From positions 96,001 to 160,000 of the forward strand of contig JAOPTT010000004.1 in the NCBI GenBank assembly GCA_051531975.1: DNA of 64,000 nt, given 5' to 3'. How positions within the stretch are numbered: the stretch's first letter is position 1; the number at the start of each line of letters is the position of its first letter. Origin of the DNA: Spirochaetaceae bacterium (GTDB lineage: Bacteria; Spirochaetota; Spirochaetia; DSM-2461). The translations under genes were made by a program, and so were the position numbers. Shown in pieces: positions 51,829 through 62,534 of this stretch. The notes under the pieces were generated by a model. It saw nothing but the letters and a program-made list of their open reading frames with translations. It was not told where the DNA came from and made no database searches.

Positions 51829-52886
51829 TTTATTTCCTCTAATTTTTTAAATAAAATTATATACATTGCATGGGACCATAAAAGAGGTTTAGCAGATTTT
51901 CCCCATTTGTTATTCCAAAAGGGTAAATAAGAATCGTCGTTTAATGAATCAATATGTTGCTCACCTAAATATCCATTATCATCTGCTTTGCTTACAATCC
52001 AATTAAGGATATCAGCTGCATCATTCACTTTGTTTCCATTTACCAGAGTTATTCCAAGCCACGCAGTTAATAGAATCCAAATACCTCCACCATAATAAGT
52101 ATCTAATTTATACCTATGAAGGCCTCCTTCCCTAAAAAGATCACTTCTTATTTTATCTATTGTTTTAGACATTATCGGATTCTTAAAATCTAGTAAATCT
52201 GTAGGAAAACAAACACCAAGCAGGCTTGAATCAACTGCAATAGTCCCTTCGAATTTAGTTAAATATCCATCATATGTGCCTTTTGATAAAATTCTATCTT
52301 TAATCTGACCACATATGTGAGAGTATGATACTCTTGTTATCTGCTCTGTAGCTTGTAACCCACCATAAATTGTAGCCATTGTATAAATATGTCTTTTATC
52401 ACAATTTTCTTCCCAGCAGTCATAACATGGCCTGTCCCATAGTTTTACTAAATATTTTGAAACCAAACCGATAGCTTTAGACATCAAAGTAGTTAACTCA
52501 TTTCCAGACAAACTTAGGTGTTCACTAAGACTCCATAGCCAAATACCAAAACTATCTAATTGGAAATTTTCCCAATCATCTGATCCATCTTCACCGGTTA
52601 GTGTATAACGGGTGTGTAGTATTTCAGAATAAGTATCATTTTTACCTAGAAAAAAATCATTTAATTCACTTTCCCTAGCAACTATATTTTTTGCAGCCCA
52701 ATTATGAAACTGTGCTGAACTTTCATGTTCAAGCACAAGGTCCATTGAATATGCGATATAAGCACTGTCTCTAAACCAGCAATAATTATATGTGGGATAG
52801 GTAGGGCAAGCGACATATCCTCCAGATTGATGCTGTCCATTTTTTATGAGTTTTATACTTATTTTGTACAGCTCTTCCTTTGTCAT
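51825..52886 (-). CDS. GH15 glycoside hydrolase (isomaltose glucohydrolase-like)
   Basis: YNYCWFRD, HTRYTL.G...W.NFQLD, DCWEE, VDSSLL, YYGGG.W, EQ, PLLWSHAM. Confidence 0.85.
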   Translation of the reverse strand: MTKEELYKISIKLIKNGQHQSGGYVACPTYPTYNYCWFRDSAYIAYSMDLVLEHESSAQFHNWAAKNIVARESELNDFFLGKNDTYSEILHTRYTLTGEDGSDDWENFQLDSFGIWLWSLSEHLSLSGNELTTLMSKAIGLVSKYLVKLWDRPCYDCWEENCDKRHIYTMATIYGGLQATEQITRVSYSHICGQIKDRILSKGTYDGYLTKFEGTIAVDSSLLGVCFPTDLLDFKNPIMSKTIDKIRSDLFREGGLHRYKLDTYYGGGIWILLTAWLGITLVNGNKVNDAADILNWIVSKADDNGYLGEQHIDSLNDDSYLPFWNNKWGKSAKPLLWSHAMYIILFKKLEEIK

Positions 52887-55288
52887 TTTTTTACCTCATT
52901 TGGTAGAATAATCCGGTTCAATAGTGGGTTTTTTTTCTTGAAAACAGGAATTTTATCGATAGGAGTTTTAATTGTATATGTATTATTACCTTTATAGGAT
53001 TTCCCTGTAAAAAAATCAAACCAATCTCCTGCAGGAAGGTATATTTCTCTTTCTGTTTGCCCAGCATATAGAATTGGACACACTATTAAATCTCTACCAA
53101 ACAGATACTGATCTTCTAATTCCCAGCATTTTGGATCTTCAGGAAAGTCAATAAATAGAAATTTCATTAGAGGTGATGCTGTTTTTTTACAAAATTCTGC
53201 TTCTTCTAATATGTATGGAATTAGTTCCATCCTTAATTTTGCATAATATCTATAAATATCTATAACTTCAGGGCTATCTGTTCTTTTTGCAATATTCCAT
53301 GGTGTCCGGTCTACATGGTTCTCTTCGTGGTTAAAAAATTCAGAATGGTACTGCATAATAGAACCAAAACAGGCAAAAGAAGTCGATCTTAAATATAATT
53401 CAGCTGTTGGGATTTCACCACTAAAACCACCGATATCCCAACCCATAAACGGAACACCTGATATTCCTGTATTTAAAACAGCATTTAATACAGATCTATG
53501 TGCATCCCATGTCGAATCCTGATCTCCAGCCCAATGAACAGGTGAGTTTTGTACTCCCATAAATCCAGATCTACTAAATGTAATTCCACCATTTTTTTCA
53601 TTAATAAACTTATAATAGCTATTAATATAATGGTTTGGATACTCATTCCATAATTCAGATCCAGTTCTTCCATCAGAAAATTTTAATTCTGTGCCCCAAA
53701 GATGTTCTCCTCCATCAGTTTTAAATCCATCGATACCTAAATCATCGATTAAATATTCTCTTTTTTTCATCCACCATTCAGTCGCTTCCTCACTTGTAAA
53801 ATCAACAACAAGACTGTCGGTAAACCACCACGGTTTTACAAGGTATGGGGAACCATCTTCATTTTTTACACAATAACCTTTATCAATCATATACTGTTTA
53901 TCTTTTGCATTTTGTTCACAGGTCACACCAGGTTCTAATTTTTTAGATACAGGTATCTGCCATAAAATAAGTTTTGTTCCATCACTATGAATATCATCAA
54001 TCATTGATTTTGGGTTTGGCCATAATCCTTCTTCAGGAAATGTAAAATCTTCATATTTAAAGAATTCTGAAGGCTCCTTTATTTCATGTTTAGCATCATT
54101 CCAAATATAAAAGTTTTTTTCATCACTCCACGCCTCAATAACTAATACAGTAGCTGGGATGTCTAACTCTCTACTTTTATGAATTTCGTTTAATACTCTT
54201 TCTTGACTATTCCATTCATTACTACTCATCCATGGACCAAATGCCCACTCTGGAGGTAATACAGGGAAACCTGTAATTTCTGCCTGAGAAGTTAGGATCT
54301 CTGTAGGTTCGCCTATATGATAAAAGCATTCAAGATCAAAATTTTCTAATTCTACCTCAAAGTTCCAGGAGTTTGTTTCAACAAGATCATAAGTAACTTT
54401 ACGAGATGAATTTACACAATGTCCCCAATTCCCAGATGATAGAAAAAAAGGTATAGGTAGGTAGGTTCGACTTCCTTCTCCCTGTGATTTATACTCTTCG
54501 TAAACTCTTACATCTAGATTTTTACCACGCTGATTAAATCCGTTAAATCTCTCACCAAAACCAAAAAACTTCTCAGTAGTTTGGGCATATATTGTTGTTT
54601 TTTGACTTACAGGTTTACCTGCAGAATCAAATCTAAATTCAATAGCTTCGGTTTCTGAATATAAAACTTTGTTATTTTCATTAATAGTTACTTTTCCTGT
54701 TGTTGAATCTATAGAAACCTTATAGTTATTAATATTAACAGTAATATGCTCTGAATTTAATTTCACTATTTCTGATTTGTCATATATTTTTGTATTAATT
54801 AAAGACCCTTGATGTAGTGCAATTCTATTTTTCTCTGAAAAATCTAGAGATCTTTTAAAAACAAAATTATTAATAGATAATTCAATAAATATAATATCTT
54901 CACTTTTTCTAATAGATTTAACTTCTGATACAGAATTAAACCCTTCAAGAATATAAGTAAAATCCTCAGTCACTTTTTCTTCGTTTAATAGAAAACTATA
55001 TGTAAATTTTTCATATGCTTCACCTTTAGGCATAGCTATTTTCCATTCACTTGAAGAATCAGTATCTTTTATCCATTCAGCGTTTATCTGTTTTTCAATA
55101 CCACTATTACTGAAAATTGAGGCTTTTAAGTCTACATTTTTATCTGCCGGTTCAGTTACGACTCCAACAATAACATTATCCTTAAAAGAAGGTATTCTTG
55201 GTATTCTTTCTTCTGGTCCTGAAACGTAAGGATTCCCAACCCCAGTTGGATTATGATTTATATTTATTATCAATTTAAGTATCTCCAT
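52883..55288 (-). CDS. GH31 alpha-glucosidase (cycloalternan/alpha-1,3-isomaltosidase-like)
   Basis: GFGERFN, WAFGPWMSSNEW, DGFKTDGGE nucleophile motif, HWAGD, WDIGGF, MQYHSE. Confidence 0.88.
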   Translation of the reverse strand: MEILKLIININHNPTGVGNPYVSGPEERIPRIPSFKDNVIVGVVTEPADKNVDLKASIFSNSGIEKQINAEWIKDTDSSSEWKIAMPKGEAYEKFTYSFLLNEEKVTEDFTYILEGFNSVSEVKSIRKSEDIIFIELSINNFVFKRSLDFSEKNRIALHQGSLINTKIYDKSEIVKLNSEHITVNINNYKVSIDSTTGKVTINENNKVLYSETEAIEFRFDSAGKPVSQKTTIYAQTTEKFFGFGERFNGFNQRGKNLDVRVYEEYKSQGEGSRTYLPIPFFLSSGNWGHCVNSSRKVTYDLVETNSWNFEVELENFDLECFYHIGEPTEILTSQAEITGFPVLPPEWAFGPWMSSNEWNSQERVLNEIHKSRELDIPATVLVIEAWSDEKNFYIWNDAKHEIKEPSEFFKYEDFTFPEEGLWPNPKSMIDDIHSDGTKLILWQIPVSKKLEPGVTCEQNAKDKQYMIDKGYCVKNEDGSPYLVKPWWFTDSLVVDFTSEEATEWWMKKREYLIDDLGIDGFKTDGGEHLWGTELKFSDGRTGSELWNEYPNHYINSYYKFINEKNGGITFSRSGFMGVQNSPVHWAGDQDSTWDAHRSVLNAVLNTGISGVPFMGWDIGGFSGEIPTAELYLRSTSFACFGSIMQYHSEFFNHEENHVDRTPWNIAKRTDSPEVIDIYRYYAKLRMELIPYILEEAEFCKKTASPLMKFLFIDFPEDPKCWELEDQYLFGRDLIVCPILYAGQTEREIYLPAGDWFDFFTGKSYKGNNTYTIKTPIDKIPVFKKKNPLLNRIILPNEVKK

Positions 55289-55304
55289 AATTTTATTTTG
55301 TAAA

Positions 55305-55335
55305 GTGACCCTAAATACTATTTAATTAGGGTCAC
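55305..55335 (-). terminator. Intercistronic hairpin after the SBP gene
   Basis: GTGACCCTAA-N11-TTAGGGTCAC. Confidence 0.6.
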
Positions 55336-55344
55336 AATATTATT

Positions 55345-56604
55345 TTATCTAAGTGTTTCGATTAGTTTTGCACTATTTTCCAATGCTTCTTCTGCAGAGA
55401 TAAGTCCAAGGTTTGCTTCAGCTAAGAAAGCCCCGATACCATCTTGTAGTTCGTTCTGCTTTTCAATAACTGGTGGAACAATAGAGTATTTTAATGAATT
55501 AAATACAGCCTCTCTATTCGCTGGACTTCCCATTCCTATATAAGAAGCAACAATACTTTCATCTTTTATAGTTGGTAACTCCCAGCCAGTTCTAATTCTC
55601 ATATCAGCAGATTCTTTGCTTGAAGAGAAAAATTTTGCCCATTTCCATGCAGCTTCAGATTTTTTGGTACTGCCACTAATTGCTAAAGTATTTGCAAAAA
55701 AGTGTGTAGCTTTCTCACTCATTCCTGGCTCTACTTCTATGTCCCAATCAAATTCTGCTGCACCAAATGCATCAAACATCCAGATACCACTTACAAGCAT
55801 TCCAAGTTTCCCAGATATAAACAGATCTCCGTCAGATACTCCTGCCATCTCTGTTTCTGTTGGCATAATTCCTAAATCATTTTGAATCGCAAGCATCTTT
55901 TTAAAAGCTTCAACATTCTGTGGAGAATCAATTACGACTTTTCCGTTTGCATCAAAAACTGATCCACCATTTTGTGCCATTTTTTTATAGAATTCCCAGA
56001 ATTGGATTCCAGAATATAATCCCCAAACATCATTCTCAACATCTCTTATTTTAAGAGCTGCTTTAATTGCATCGTCCCATGTCCAGTCTTCTGTAGGAGC
56101 AGAAAGCCCTGCGGTCGAAAATAGGTCCTTATTATAGTAGAGAACTACAGTTGAAAATGTTTCAGGAAGCCCATATTGTACCCCTTTATAGTTAAAGGAA
56201 TCATATGATCTTGGGTAAAAAATATCTTTTGAAAAATCACTATCAGCTGCTGCAAGTTTATCCATATCATATAAAATACCTTTTGCTGCATATGTTACAA
56301 AGTTCTCGTAGTTTAGTTCAAAAACATCTGGAAGCATTCCAGCTGCAGCGTTTACCTGTAATTTATTAAAGTAGTCATTCCAGCCTGCTGTTTCAACTTT
56401 AACTGTGATATCCTTGTTTTTCTCTTCAAAAATGGATATCATTTCGTTTAGATGATCTAAATGATCTGGGGCTGCTGAGAAGGTAAAATAAGTTATTTCT
56501 GTTTTTTCCGAACCTGAGTTAACTTGTTTTTCCTGCTGCCCACTTGCACTGATTGTCGTAATTAGAATAATCATCAATGTGATTAAACATAATTTTTTCT
56601 TCAT
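55345..56604 (-). CDS. Sugar ABC transporter substrate-binding protein
   Basis: Signal peptide ..SASGQQE; PDVFELNYENF, YGLP, LYYNKDLF, GIWMF. Confidence 0.9.
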   Translation of the reverse strand: MKKKLCLITLMIILITTISASGQQEKQVNSGSEKTEITYFTFSAAPDHLDHLNEMISIFEEKNKDITVKVETAGWNDYFNKLQVNAAAGMLPDVFELNYENFVTYAAKGILYDMDKLAAADSDFSKDIFYPRSYDSFNYKGVQYGLPETFSTVVLYYNKDLFSTAGLSAPTEDWTWDDAIKAALKIRDVENDVWGLYSGIQFWEFYKKMAQNGGSVFDANGKVVIDSPQNVEAFKKMLAIQNDLGIMPTETEMAGVSDGDLFISGKLGMLVSGIWMFDAFGAAEFDWDIEVEPGMSEKATHFFANTLAISGSTKKSEAAWKWAKFFSSSKESADMRIRTGWELPTIKDESIVASYIGMGSPANREAVFNSLKYSIVPPVIEKQNELQDGIGAFLAEANLGLISAEEALENSAKLIETLR

Positions 56605-56650
56605 TTCTATTCTCCTTTTATCTATTAAGATACAACGTATCTTTAAATTA

Positions 56651-57481
56651 CTAATCTTTTATTCCTGAATGACTTATACCTTGAATAAAATGTCTCTGGT
56701 TAAACATAAAAACTATTACAATTGGAACAATTGATATAACACCACCAGCCATTACCATGTTCCATTTAGTAGCATACCGACCATGTAAAAATGATAGCCC
56801 AACTGGAAGTGTCATCATTGTTTCACTTTTGGATACAATAAGAGGCCATAAAAATGAATTCCACGATCCCATAAAAGATAAAACACATAGTGTTGCAATT
56901 GCCGGTTTAACTAATGGTACAATTATTTTTGAAAAGACTATAAAGTGATTTGCTCCGTCCATAAAAGCAGATTCTTCCAACTCTTTTGGTATTTGTAATA
57001 AAGACTGTTTTAGATGAAATACTCCAAATGCAGAATGAAGTGCTGGAACAATTAATGCTAAATATGTATCTATCCAACCAAATAATTTCATTGTTGCAAA
57101 TAGGGGAGTTAATGTTACCTGGAAAGGTACCATCATAGTTCCAATAAAAACCATAAATAAAATCTCTTTCCCTCTGAAGTTCATTCTTGCAAAAGCATAA
57201 GCAGCCATTATACTGGTCAGAATTTGTCCAGATGTTACTAATGTCGCTACAAGAACGCTATTTATCAACATTCTAAACATAGGAAACAGTTTAAAAAGTT
57301 CCCTATAACTATCCAATGTTGCATTTTCAGGGAAAAACCGAGGAGGCATTTCTAAAATATACTGGTTAGACTTTACAGAAGTTGAAATCATCCAGAGTAG
57401 GGGTATTATCATTGTTAATGCAGCCAATATTATAAGAACATATAAGATTATTTGTTTTTTATGTACAATTTTATTAGTCAT
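56651..57481 (-). CDS. Carbohydrate ABC transporter permease (MalG-like)
   Basis: AAYAFARM.F, IPKELEESAFMDGA, WNSFLWP. Confidence 0.92.
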   Translation of the reverse strand: MTNKIVHKKQIILYVLIILAALTMIIPLLWMISTSVKSNQYILEMPPRFFPENATLDSYRELFKLFPMFRMLINSVLVATLVTSGQILTSIMAAYAFARMNFRGKEILFMVFIGTMMVPFQVTLTPLFATMKLFGWIDTYLALIVPALHSAFGVFHLKQSLLQIPKELEESAFMDGANHFIVFSKIIVPLVKPAIATLCVLSFMGSWNSFLWPLIVSKSETMMTLPVGLSFLHGRYATKWNMVMAGGVISIVPIVIVFMFNQRHFIQGISHSGIKD

Positions 57482-58355
57482 AATGTACCCACCTTTTTTG
57501 TCCTTTAACCTGCAATACTGTTATCAATAAAATAATTATGAATAAGGCGAATGCTATTGTTGATGCATAACCCATGTTGTAATACCTAAATGCATGTTTA
57601 TAAACTTGTTCCACTAAGACACTTGTAGAGCCAACAGGACCACCCTCTGTCATTACCCAAACCTGATCAAATACCTGGAATGAATTAATCAGAGATATTA
57701 TTAAAACAAAAAATGTTGTTGGTGATAATAATGGTATTGTTATTTTGAAGAAACATCTAACTTTTCCAGCACCGTCAATAGATGCAGCTTCGATTAAACT
57801 TTTGGGTATTGCCTGTAGCCCGGATAAAAATAACATCATTACAAATCCTGTATCTTTCCATACACTTGTTATTATTATTGCGATCATAGCCCACTGGGGA
57901 TCATATAACCACGCCGGACCTGTTTGGCCTAAAAGGGATATAACATAGTTAATTAGCCCATATTTAGGATTAAACAACCATGTCCATAACAATGCTACAG
58001 CGATCCAGGAAGAGACAACGGGAATAAAAAAAGCCGTTCTAAATATACCCTTCCCCTTAATATTACTATTCATTAAAACAGCAACAAAAAGACCTGATAT
58101 CATTACTAATGGAATATATCCAATAACAAATGTTATTGTATGTAATAATGAATCACTGAATTTTTCATCAGTAAAAAGTTTTGCAAAATTCTGAAGACCT
58201 ACAAATTTCATATCACTAATTAGATCCCACCTAAAACCTGTTAGTAGAAAGGATAATATTATCGGTATAACTGTGAACAATACCAAACCTGTTATTGCTG
58301 GTAAAATAAAAAACAATACCCAAAGGTTTTTTTTAGTTCTGTTTTCTCCTACCAT
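57474..58355 (-). CDS. Carbohydrate ABC transporter permease (MalF-like)
   Basis: FVGLQNF, GLQAIP..LIEAASIDGA, ITIPLLSPT, FQVFD. Confidence 0.92.
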   Translation of the reverse strand: MVGENRTKKNLWVLFFILPAITGLVLFTVIPIILSFLLTGFRWDLISDMKFVGLQNFAKLFTDEKFSDSLLHTITFVIGYIPLVMISGLFVAVLMNSNIKGKGIFRTAFFIPVVSSWIAVALLWTWLFNPKYGLINYVISLLGQTGPAWLYDPQWAMIAIIITSVWKDTGFVMMLFLSGLQAIPKSLIEAASIDGAGKVRCFFKITIPLLSPTTFFVLIISLINSFQVFDQVWVMTEGGPVGSTSVLVEQVYKHAFRYYNMGYASTIAFALFIIILLITVLQVKGQKRWVHYD

Positions 58356-58371
58356 CTGTTACTCTTTTTAA

Positions 58372-59541
58372 TCAAATTTCTCTCCTGAAAACTTCTTTAA
58401 TTACTAGGGTTGCGACCCCTCTTATCCATAAATTATCATTGTATGTAACAGACTTTATCTCAATTTCATCTGATAGACCGTATACTACATTTTCTTTTAA
58501 AGAGCTCTGAACTGCTTCTTTCATGTAGTCGTAATATACAGCTCCTTCACCACTTACAATAATTGTCTCAGGATCAAATAAGTTCATTAAAGTTGACATT
58601 CCTATTCCAAGGTATGTACCTGCAGTAACAAATGCTTTCAAGGCACTTTCATCGCTTTTTTCTGCAAGGGAAATTAGATCATCTATAGTTACATCACAAC
58701 CTGTAAATTCTTTGTAATAACCCAATATTGCACTGTTAGAAGCATATGCTTCTAGACAACCACTTTGTCCACAATTACATTTATGAATATTTGTTGCGTC
58801 GGATATTTTCATATGGCCAAACTCACATGCTAAATGATGACTTCCTCTATATAAATCATCTGCAATTATAACTCCAGCACCGATTCCTCTACCTAATGAA
58901 ACACAGAGGAAATTGCTAAATTCCTGACCAACTCCAAAATACTTTTCACCAAGGGTAAATGCATTTACATCATTTTCTAAAAAAAGTGGAATTCCAGTTT
59001 GCTTTTCGATAAGAGAAGCTATAGGAACATTTTTTAGTTTCAAAATTGAGCTTTCAATAAGTATTCCTTCCTCGAAGTTTATCTTGCCACCAAGTCCAAC
59101 ACCTATACCAAATATTTTTCCATTATTGTTATTTTTTTCATATTTTATTAAGGATTTTACTATGTCCAACAGTACTTCCACTAATTCTGCTTCTGTAAAA
59201 TCATGGCTAAACTCTTTTGATGATGTTTTAATAATTTTACTACTTAAATCAACTAACGCTCCAACTATTCTATTCTGCATCAGTTTTATTCCGATTGCTC
59301 GTCCACCTTCATAATTCACTCTTAGAAGTATGGCTTTTCTACCTCCTGAAGATAGATCTTTCCCAGTTTCACAAACTAACCCCTCTGAGATTAGTTGATC
59401 AACTAAATTTGAGCATGTAGAACGACTTAAGCCAGTGGATTTTGATAGTGATGCTCTGGATATGGGCCCATCAAGTCTAATTTTCTCTAGAACAACAGTT
59501 ATATTCATATTTTTAATATAATCTTGATCTCCAATTTTCAA
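58372..59541 (-). CDS. ROK-family transcriptional repressor
   Basis: HTH ISRA.LS..TGLS, SSGGRK, ENDVNA, GIGAG, EFGH, CNCGQSGCLEAY. Confidence 0.92.
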   Translation of the reverse strand: MKIGDQDYIKNMNITVVLEKIRLDGPISRASLSKSTGLSRSTCSNLVDQLISEGLVCETGKDLSSGGRKAILLRVNYEGGRAIGIKLMQNRIVGALVDLSSKIIKTSSKEFSHDFTEAELVEVLLDIVKSLIKYEKNNNNGKIFGIGVGLGGKINFEEGILIESSILKLKNVPIASLIEKQTGIPLFLENDVNAFTLGEKYFGVGQEFSNFLCVSLGRGIGAGVIIADDLYRGSHHLACEFGHMKISDATNIHKCNCGQSGCLEAYASNSAILGYYKEFTGCDVTIDDLISLAEKSDESALKAFVTAGTYLGIGMSTLMNLFDPETIIVSGEGAVYYDYMKEAVQSSLKENVVYGLSDEIEIKSVTYNDNLWIRGVATLVIKEVFRREI

Positions 59542-59567
59542 TTTATAGTACCTACCTCTCCAAATCG

Positions 59568-59620
59568 TTTGTTTGTTCGATGGATAAACAAAGTATAGGG
59601 TCAGATTTATTTTCTGTCAA
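59568..59620 (-). promoter_or_regulatory. sigma70 promoter and ROK-type operator of the sugar operon
   Basis: Minus strand TTGACA(59620-59615)-17-TATACT(59597-59592); palindrome TTTGTTT-N11-AAACAAA (59568-59592) covers the TSS and resembles XylR/ROK operators. Confidence 0.8.
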
Positions 59621-59735
59621 TAAAAGATATTGGTTAAATAAAAAAAATGTATACTTGTCTAAGGTTGTTGAGAATATATAACATGTTCTTGTTAGATTTT
59701 TTAGTGTATATCTTAACAAGGTAAAAGGTTAAGCT

Positions 59736-60257
59736 ATGTTCATGAGTTGGATATATAAAAACAGTTTAGACAATAGACAAAGGTATGTACTTGGAGAGGA
59801 AGGGAGTAAAATCCTTGTCTGTATTGGTATAAATCCCAGTACTGCTGAGCCAAATAACCTAGACAATACTTTAATCAGGGTTAAAAATAGAGCTCTGTCC
59901 TTAGGTTATGACTCTTGGATCATGATAAATGTATATCCACAGAGAGCAACTAACCCGGATAAATTACACAAAAATTTACACCTCGATATCCATAAAAAAA
60001 ACATACTTGAGATTTCCGAAACCCTTAAGGGAAGAAATTTTGATGTATGGGCAGCATGGGGGACTCTACTTACAAAACGTAAATATTTAAAAAGATGTCT
60101 TAGTGATATTGTGGATGTTTTAGGAGATGGTTTCGATTGGTTTACAATTGGAAAAAGATCGGTAGATGGGCATCCACATCACCCTCTGTATCTTACAAAT
60201 GGTCTGCCATTAGATTCATTTAGTATTTCTAGTTATATTAAATTATTAAGTAAATAG
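59736..60257 (+). CDS. DUF1643 family protein
   Basis: RYVL, IGINPSTA, D.T, N.YPQRATNP, AAWG, GHPHHPLY; true start may be ATG 59742. Confidence 0.82.
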   Translation: MFMSWIYKNSLDNRQRYVLGEEGSKILVCIGINPSTAEPNNLDNTLIRVKNRALSLGYDSWIMINVYPQRATNPDKLHKNLHLDIHKKNILEISETLKGRNFDVWAAWGTLLTKRKYLKRCLSDIVDVLGDGFDWFTIGKRSVDGHPHHPLYLTNGLPLDSFSISSYIKLLSK

Positions 60258-60833
60258 AAAGTTTTTAATACCTGTGAATATCATCTGTGCTGCAAGGGCT
60301 GCTAATATTAGACCTGTTAACTTACTTACAATTATTATCCCTCTCTTCTTAATAGCCCTTTCAATATAAGCTGAAACAACTAATACCATACCAACTGATA
60401 GAGCTGCTACAATAACAGCTAAAGATCCGGTTATTCTAGAATCTGAAGTAGTGAACTCCGTACCCATAATCATAATAGCACCAATAGTCGCAGGACCTAC
60501 AATTGTAGGAATTGCTAATGGAACAACTGTAAAGTCATCATCTGGATTTATATTTTTTGTTTTATTTCCTTTAATTAGGGATACCGCAGATAGGAAAAGT
60601 AGAGCACCTGCGCCAATTCTAAACGCATCTACTGTAATACCAAAAACATTAAATATCTGGTTTCCAAAAAAGAGTAAAACAAGGCTAATTACTAGTACTG
60701 AGAAGGTAGTTTTTGCAGCAAGCCCAATTCTCTCCTTCTCTGTTGCATGGTCAGTCATGGCTAAAAACATTGAGAGGGCAAAAAATGGGGTATATAGGAA
60801 AAACATCTTAATCCAGATTGATATAAAATTCAT
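60246..60833 (-). CDS. MarC family membrane protein
   Basis: FGITVDAFRIGAG, VPLAIP..VGPATI, KLTGLIL. Confidence 0.92.
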   Translation of the reverse strand: MNFISIWIKMFFLYTPFFALSMFLAMTDHATEKERIGLAAKTTFSVLVISLVLLFFGNQIFNVFGITVDAFRIGAGALLFLSAVSLIKGNKTKNINPDDDFTVVPLAIPTIVGPATIGAIMIMGTEFTTSDSRITGSLAVIVAALSVGMVLVVSAYIERAIKKRGIIIVSKLTGLILAALAAQMIFTGIKNFLFT

Positions 60834-60895
60834 AAATATTTATATATCATTTAGATCTGTATGTATCAACATGAATTGACGAAAAAAGTAAAAAA

Positions 60896-62467
60896 CTACC
60901 TCTTTTTTGCCAGTTTTAGCAATCTTTTAAGTGTTTTATCCTTAAAAATGAAAAGTAATGCAAAATATATTATGAAGAATAGTAATGCAGATAAAATAAA
61001 AGGAACTCCTATTCTTAGTATTTCACCCTGGTTTGGTAGTAAATTAAGTAAAAATGATTTTGTTTTAATTAATGGATAAATAGATATTGTTGTTGCAATA
61101 ACTATCTTTAAAACTGTTGGTATCAAAGTTTTTATTGTTCTTTTAAAATTTATATTATCTTTTTTATTTAAGAAGATAAAAGATAAAAGCATCTGTATAA
61201 AAGATGATATTATAACTGCTAAGGCTATACCGTTTCCTCCCATTATAGGTGCTAAAGTAAACATTAAAATTGTACCAATTAACAGAGATATAATTCCAAG
61301 TTTTGCTGGTGTTCTTGAGTCTTCCATAGCGAAGAAAGCGGGATTTGTAATTCTAGTAACAGCAATAAAAAATAGCCCAGAGATATGATACCTAAATACT
61401 CCGGCTGTCATCTCTAACTCTTTAAGACCAAACTTTCCTCTAAAATATATTAATTCCACTATTTCATATGAGTATATAAAAGCAAATATGGATATTGGAA
61501 TTGTTATAAGTGTTATAGCTCCAAGGCTAAGTTCTAAGCTACTAGAAAAACTATCCCAGTTAAGATCCTTAGCATCTTTAGAAAGTGTAGAAATTAGAAT
61601 AGTTCCAATTGATACAACAAATATCCCTAGAACTAACTCTTGTAGTCTAAGGGAGTATATTAGGGCTGAATTAACACCTTCCCCTGTTGCTAGTGATACA
61701 AAGTTTGCAACTAAAGTACTTAGCTGGTAGGCACCCATACTTAGTAGGGTTGGTGCAATTAATCTTCCAACATTTTTTGTACCACTATTTTTAAAGGCAT
61801 TTCTTAATTTAACAAATTTGAAGCTAAATCCATTTTTAAGAACAAATGGCAGCTGATAAACCATCTGTATTAAACCACCAACTGTTACCCCAATAGCCAT
61901 AGCTCTAGCAGGATTCCCAGCAACTTTAGATAGTAAAAGTGTGGTTGTTATTACAATAACATTCCAAAGGATTGGTACAAAACCACCAGGAGCAAAGATA
62001 TTTAAACTATTTAAAACACCTTGTAGAAGTGCCGCTATTGATACAAAAGCGAGATAAGGAAACATTATCCTAGTTAGAAATACTAATTCTGTAATATCAG
62101 CATTTTTAGTATCAACAAATTTATAAATAAGTGGGGTTATTATTATTCCGATAATTACTGTTAAAGTTACTAAAAATGTTAAAATTGTAAATATAGAATT
62201 TAAAAAGTCTTTTGTATTTTTACTGTTATCTGATTTAAGTAGACCCTTAAAGGTAGGGATAAAAGCTGCAGTCATAGAGGCCTCAGCAAATAGGCGTCTT
62301 AAAACATTAGGAATTGCAAATGCAACATTAAATGCATCGTTTAATATGCTTCCTCCTATAAATCTAGCTTTCATAATCTCTCTAACTAAGCCTAGAATCC
62401 TAGAACCAAATGTTAAAAAAATAAGTGAAAGGATTGCTGACTTTTTAAGCTTCTTCTCTTTTGACAT
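60896..62467 (-). CDS. murJ: Lipid II flippase MurJ (MviN)
   Basis: SRILGLVRE, AF.IPN.LRRLFAE, AFIP, RIMFPY, RGKF, F.AMEDSRTP. Confidence 0.93.
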   Translation of the reverse strand: MSKEKKLKKSAILSLIFLTFGSRILGLVREIMKARFIGGSILNDAFNVAFAIPNVLRRLFAEASMTAAFIPTFKGLLKSDNSKNTKDFLNSIFTILTFLVTLTVIIGIIITPLIYKFVDTKNADITELVFLTRIMFPYLAFVSIAALLQGVLNSLNIFAPGGFVPILWNVIVITTTLLLSKVAGNPARAMAIGVTVGGLIQMVYQLPFVLKNGFSFKFVKLRNAFKNSGTKNVGRLIAPTLLSMGAYQLSTLVANFVSLATGEGVNSALIYSLRLQELVLGIFVVSIGTILISTLSKDAKDLNWDSFSSSLELSLGAITLITIPISIFAFIYSYEIVELIYFRGKFGLKELEMTAGVFRYHISGLFFIAVTRITNPAFFAMEDSRTPAKLGIISLLIGTILMFTLAPIMGGNGIALAVIISSFIQMLLSFIFLNKKDNINFKRTIKTLIPTVLKIVIATTISIYPLIKTKSFLLNLLPNQGEILRIGVPFILSALLFFIIYFALLFIFKDKTLKRLLKLAKKR

Positions 62468-62534
62468 TATTACTCCTAAAAGTGATTATATCAGGTTCGT
62501 AGATTAATTAAAGATGTTTCTTTACACTGTAGCC

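Noticed and set aside
55345..58355. Sugar ABC operon lacking an ATPase as a sign of decay
   Set aside because: Carbohydrate ABC operons commonly share an MsmX/MalK-type ATPase encoded elsewhere.
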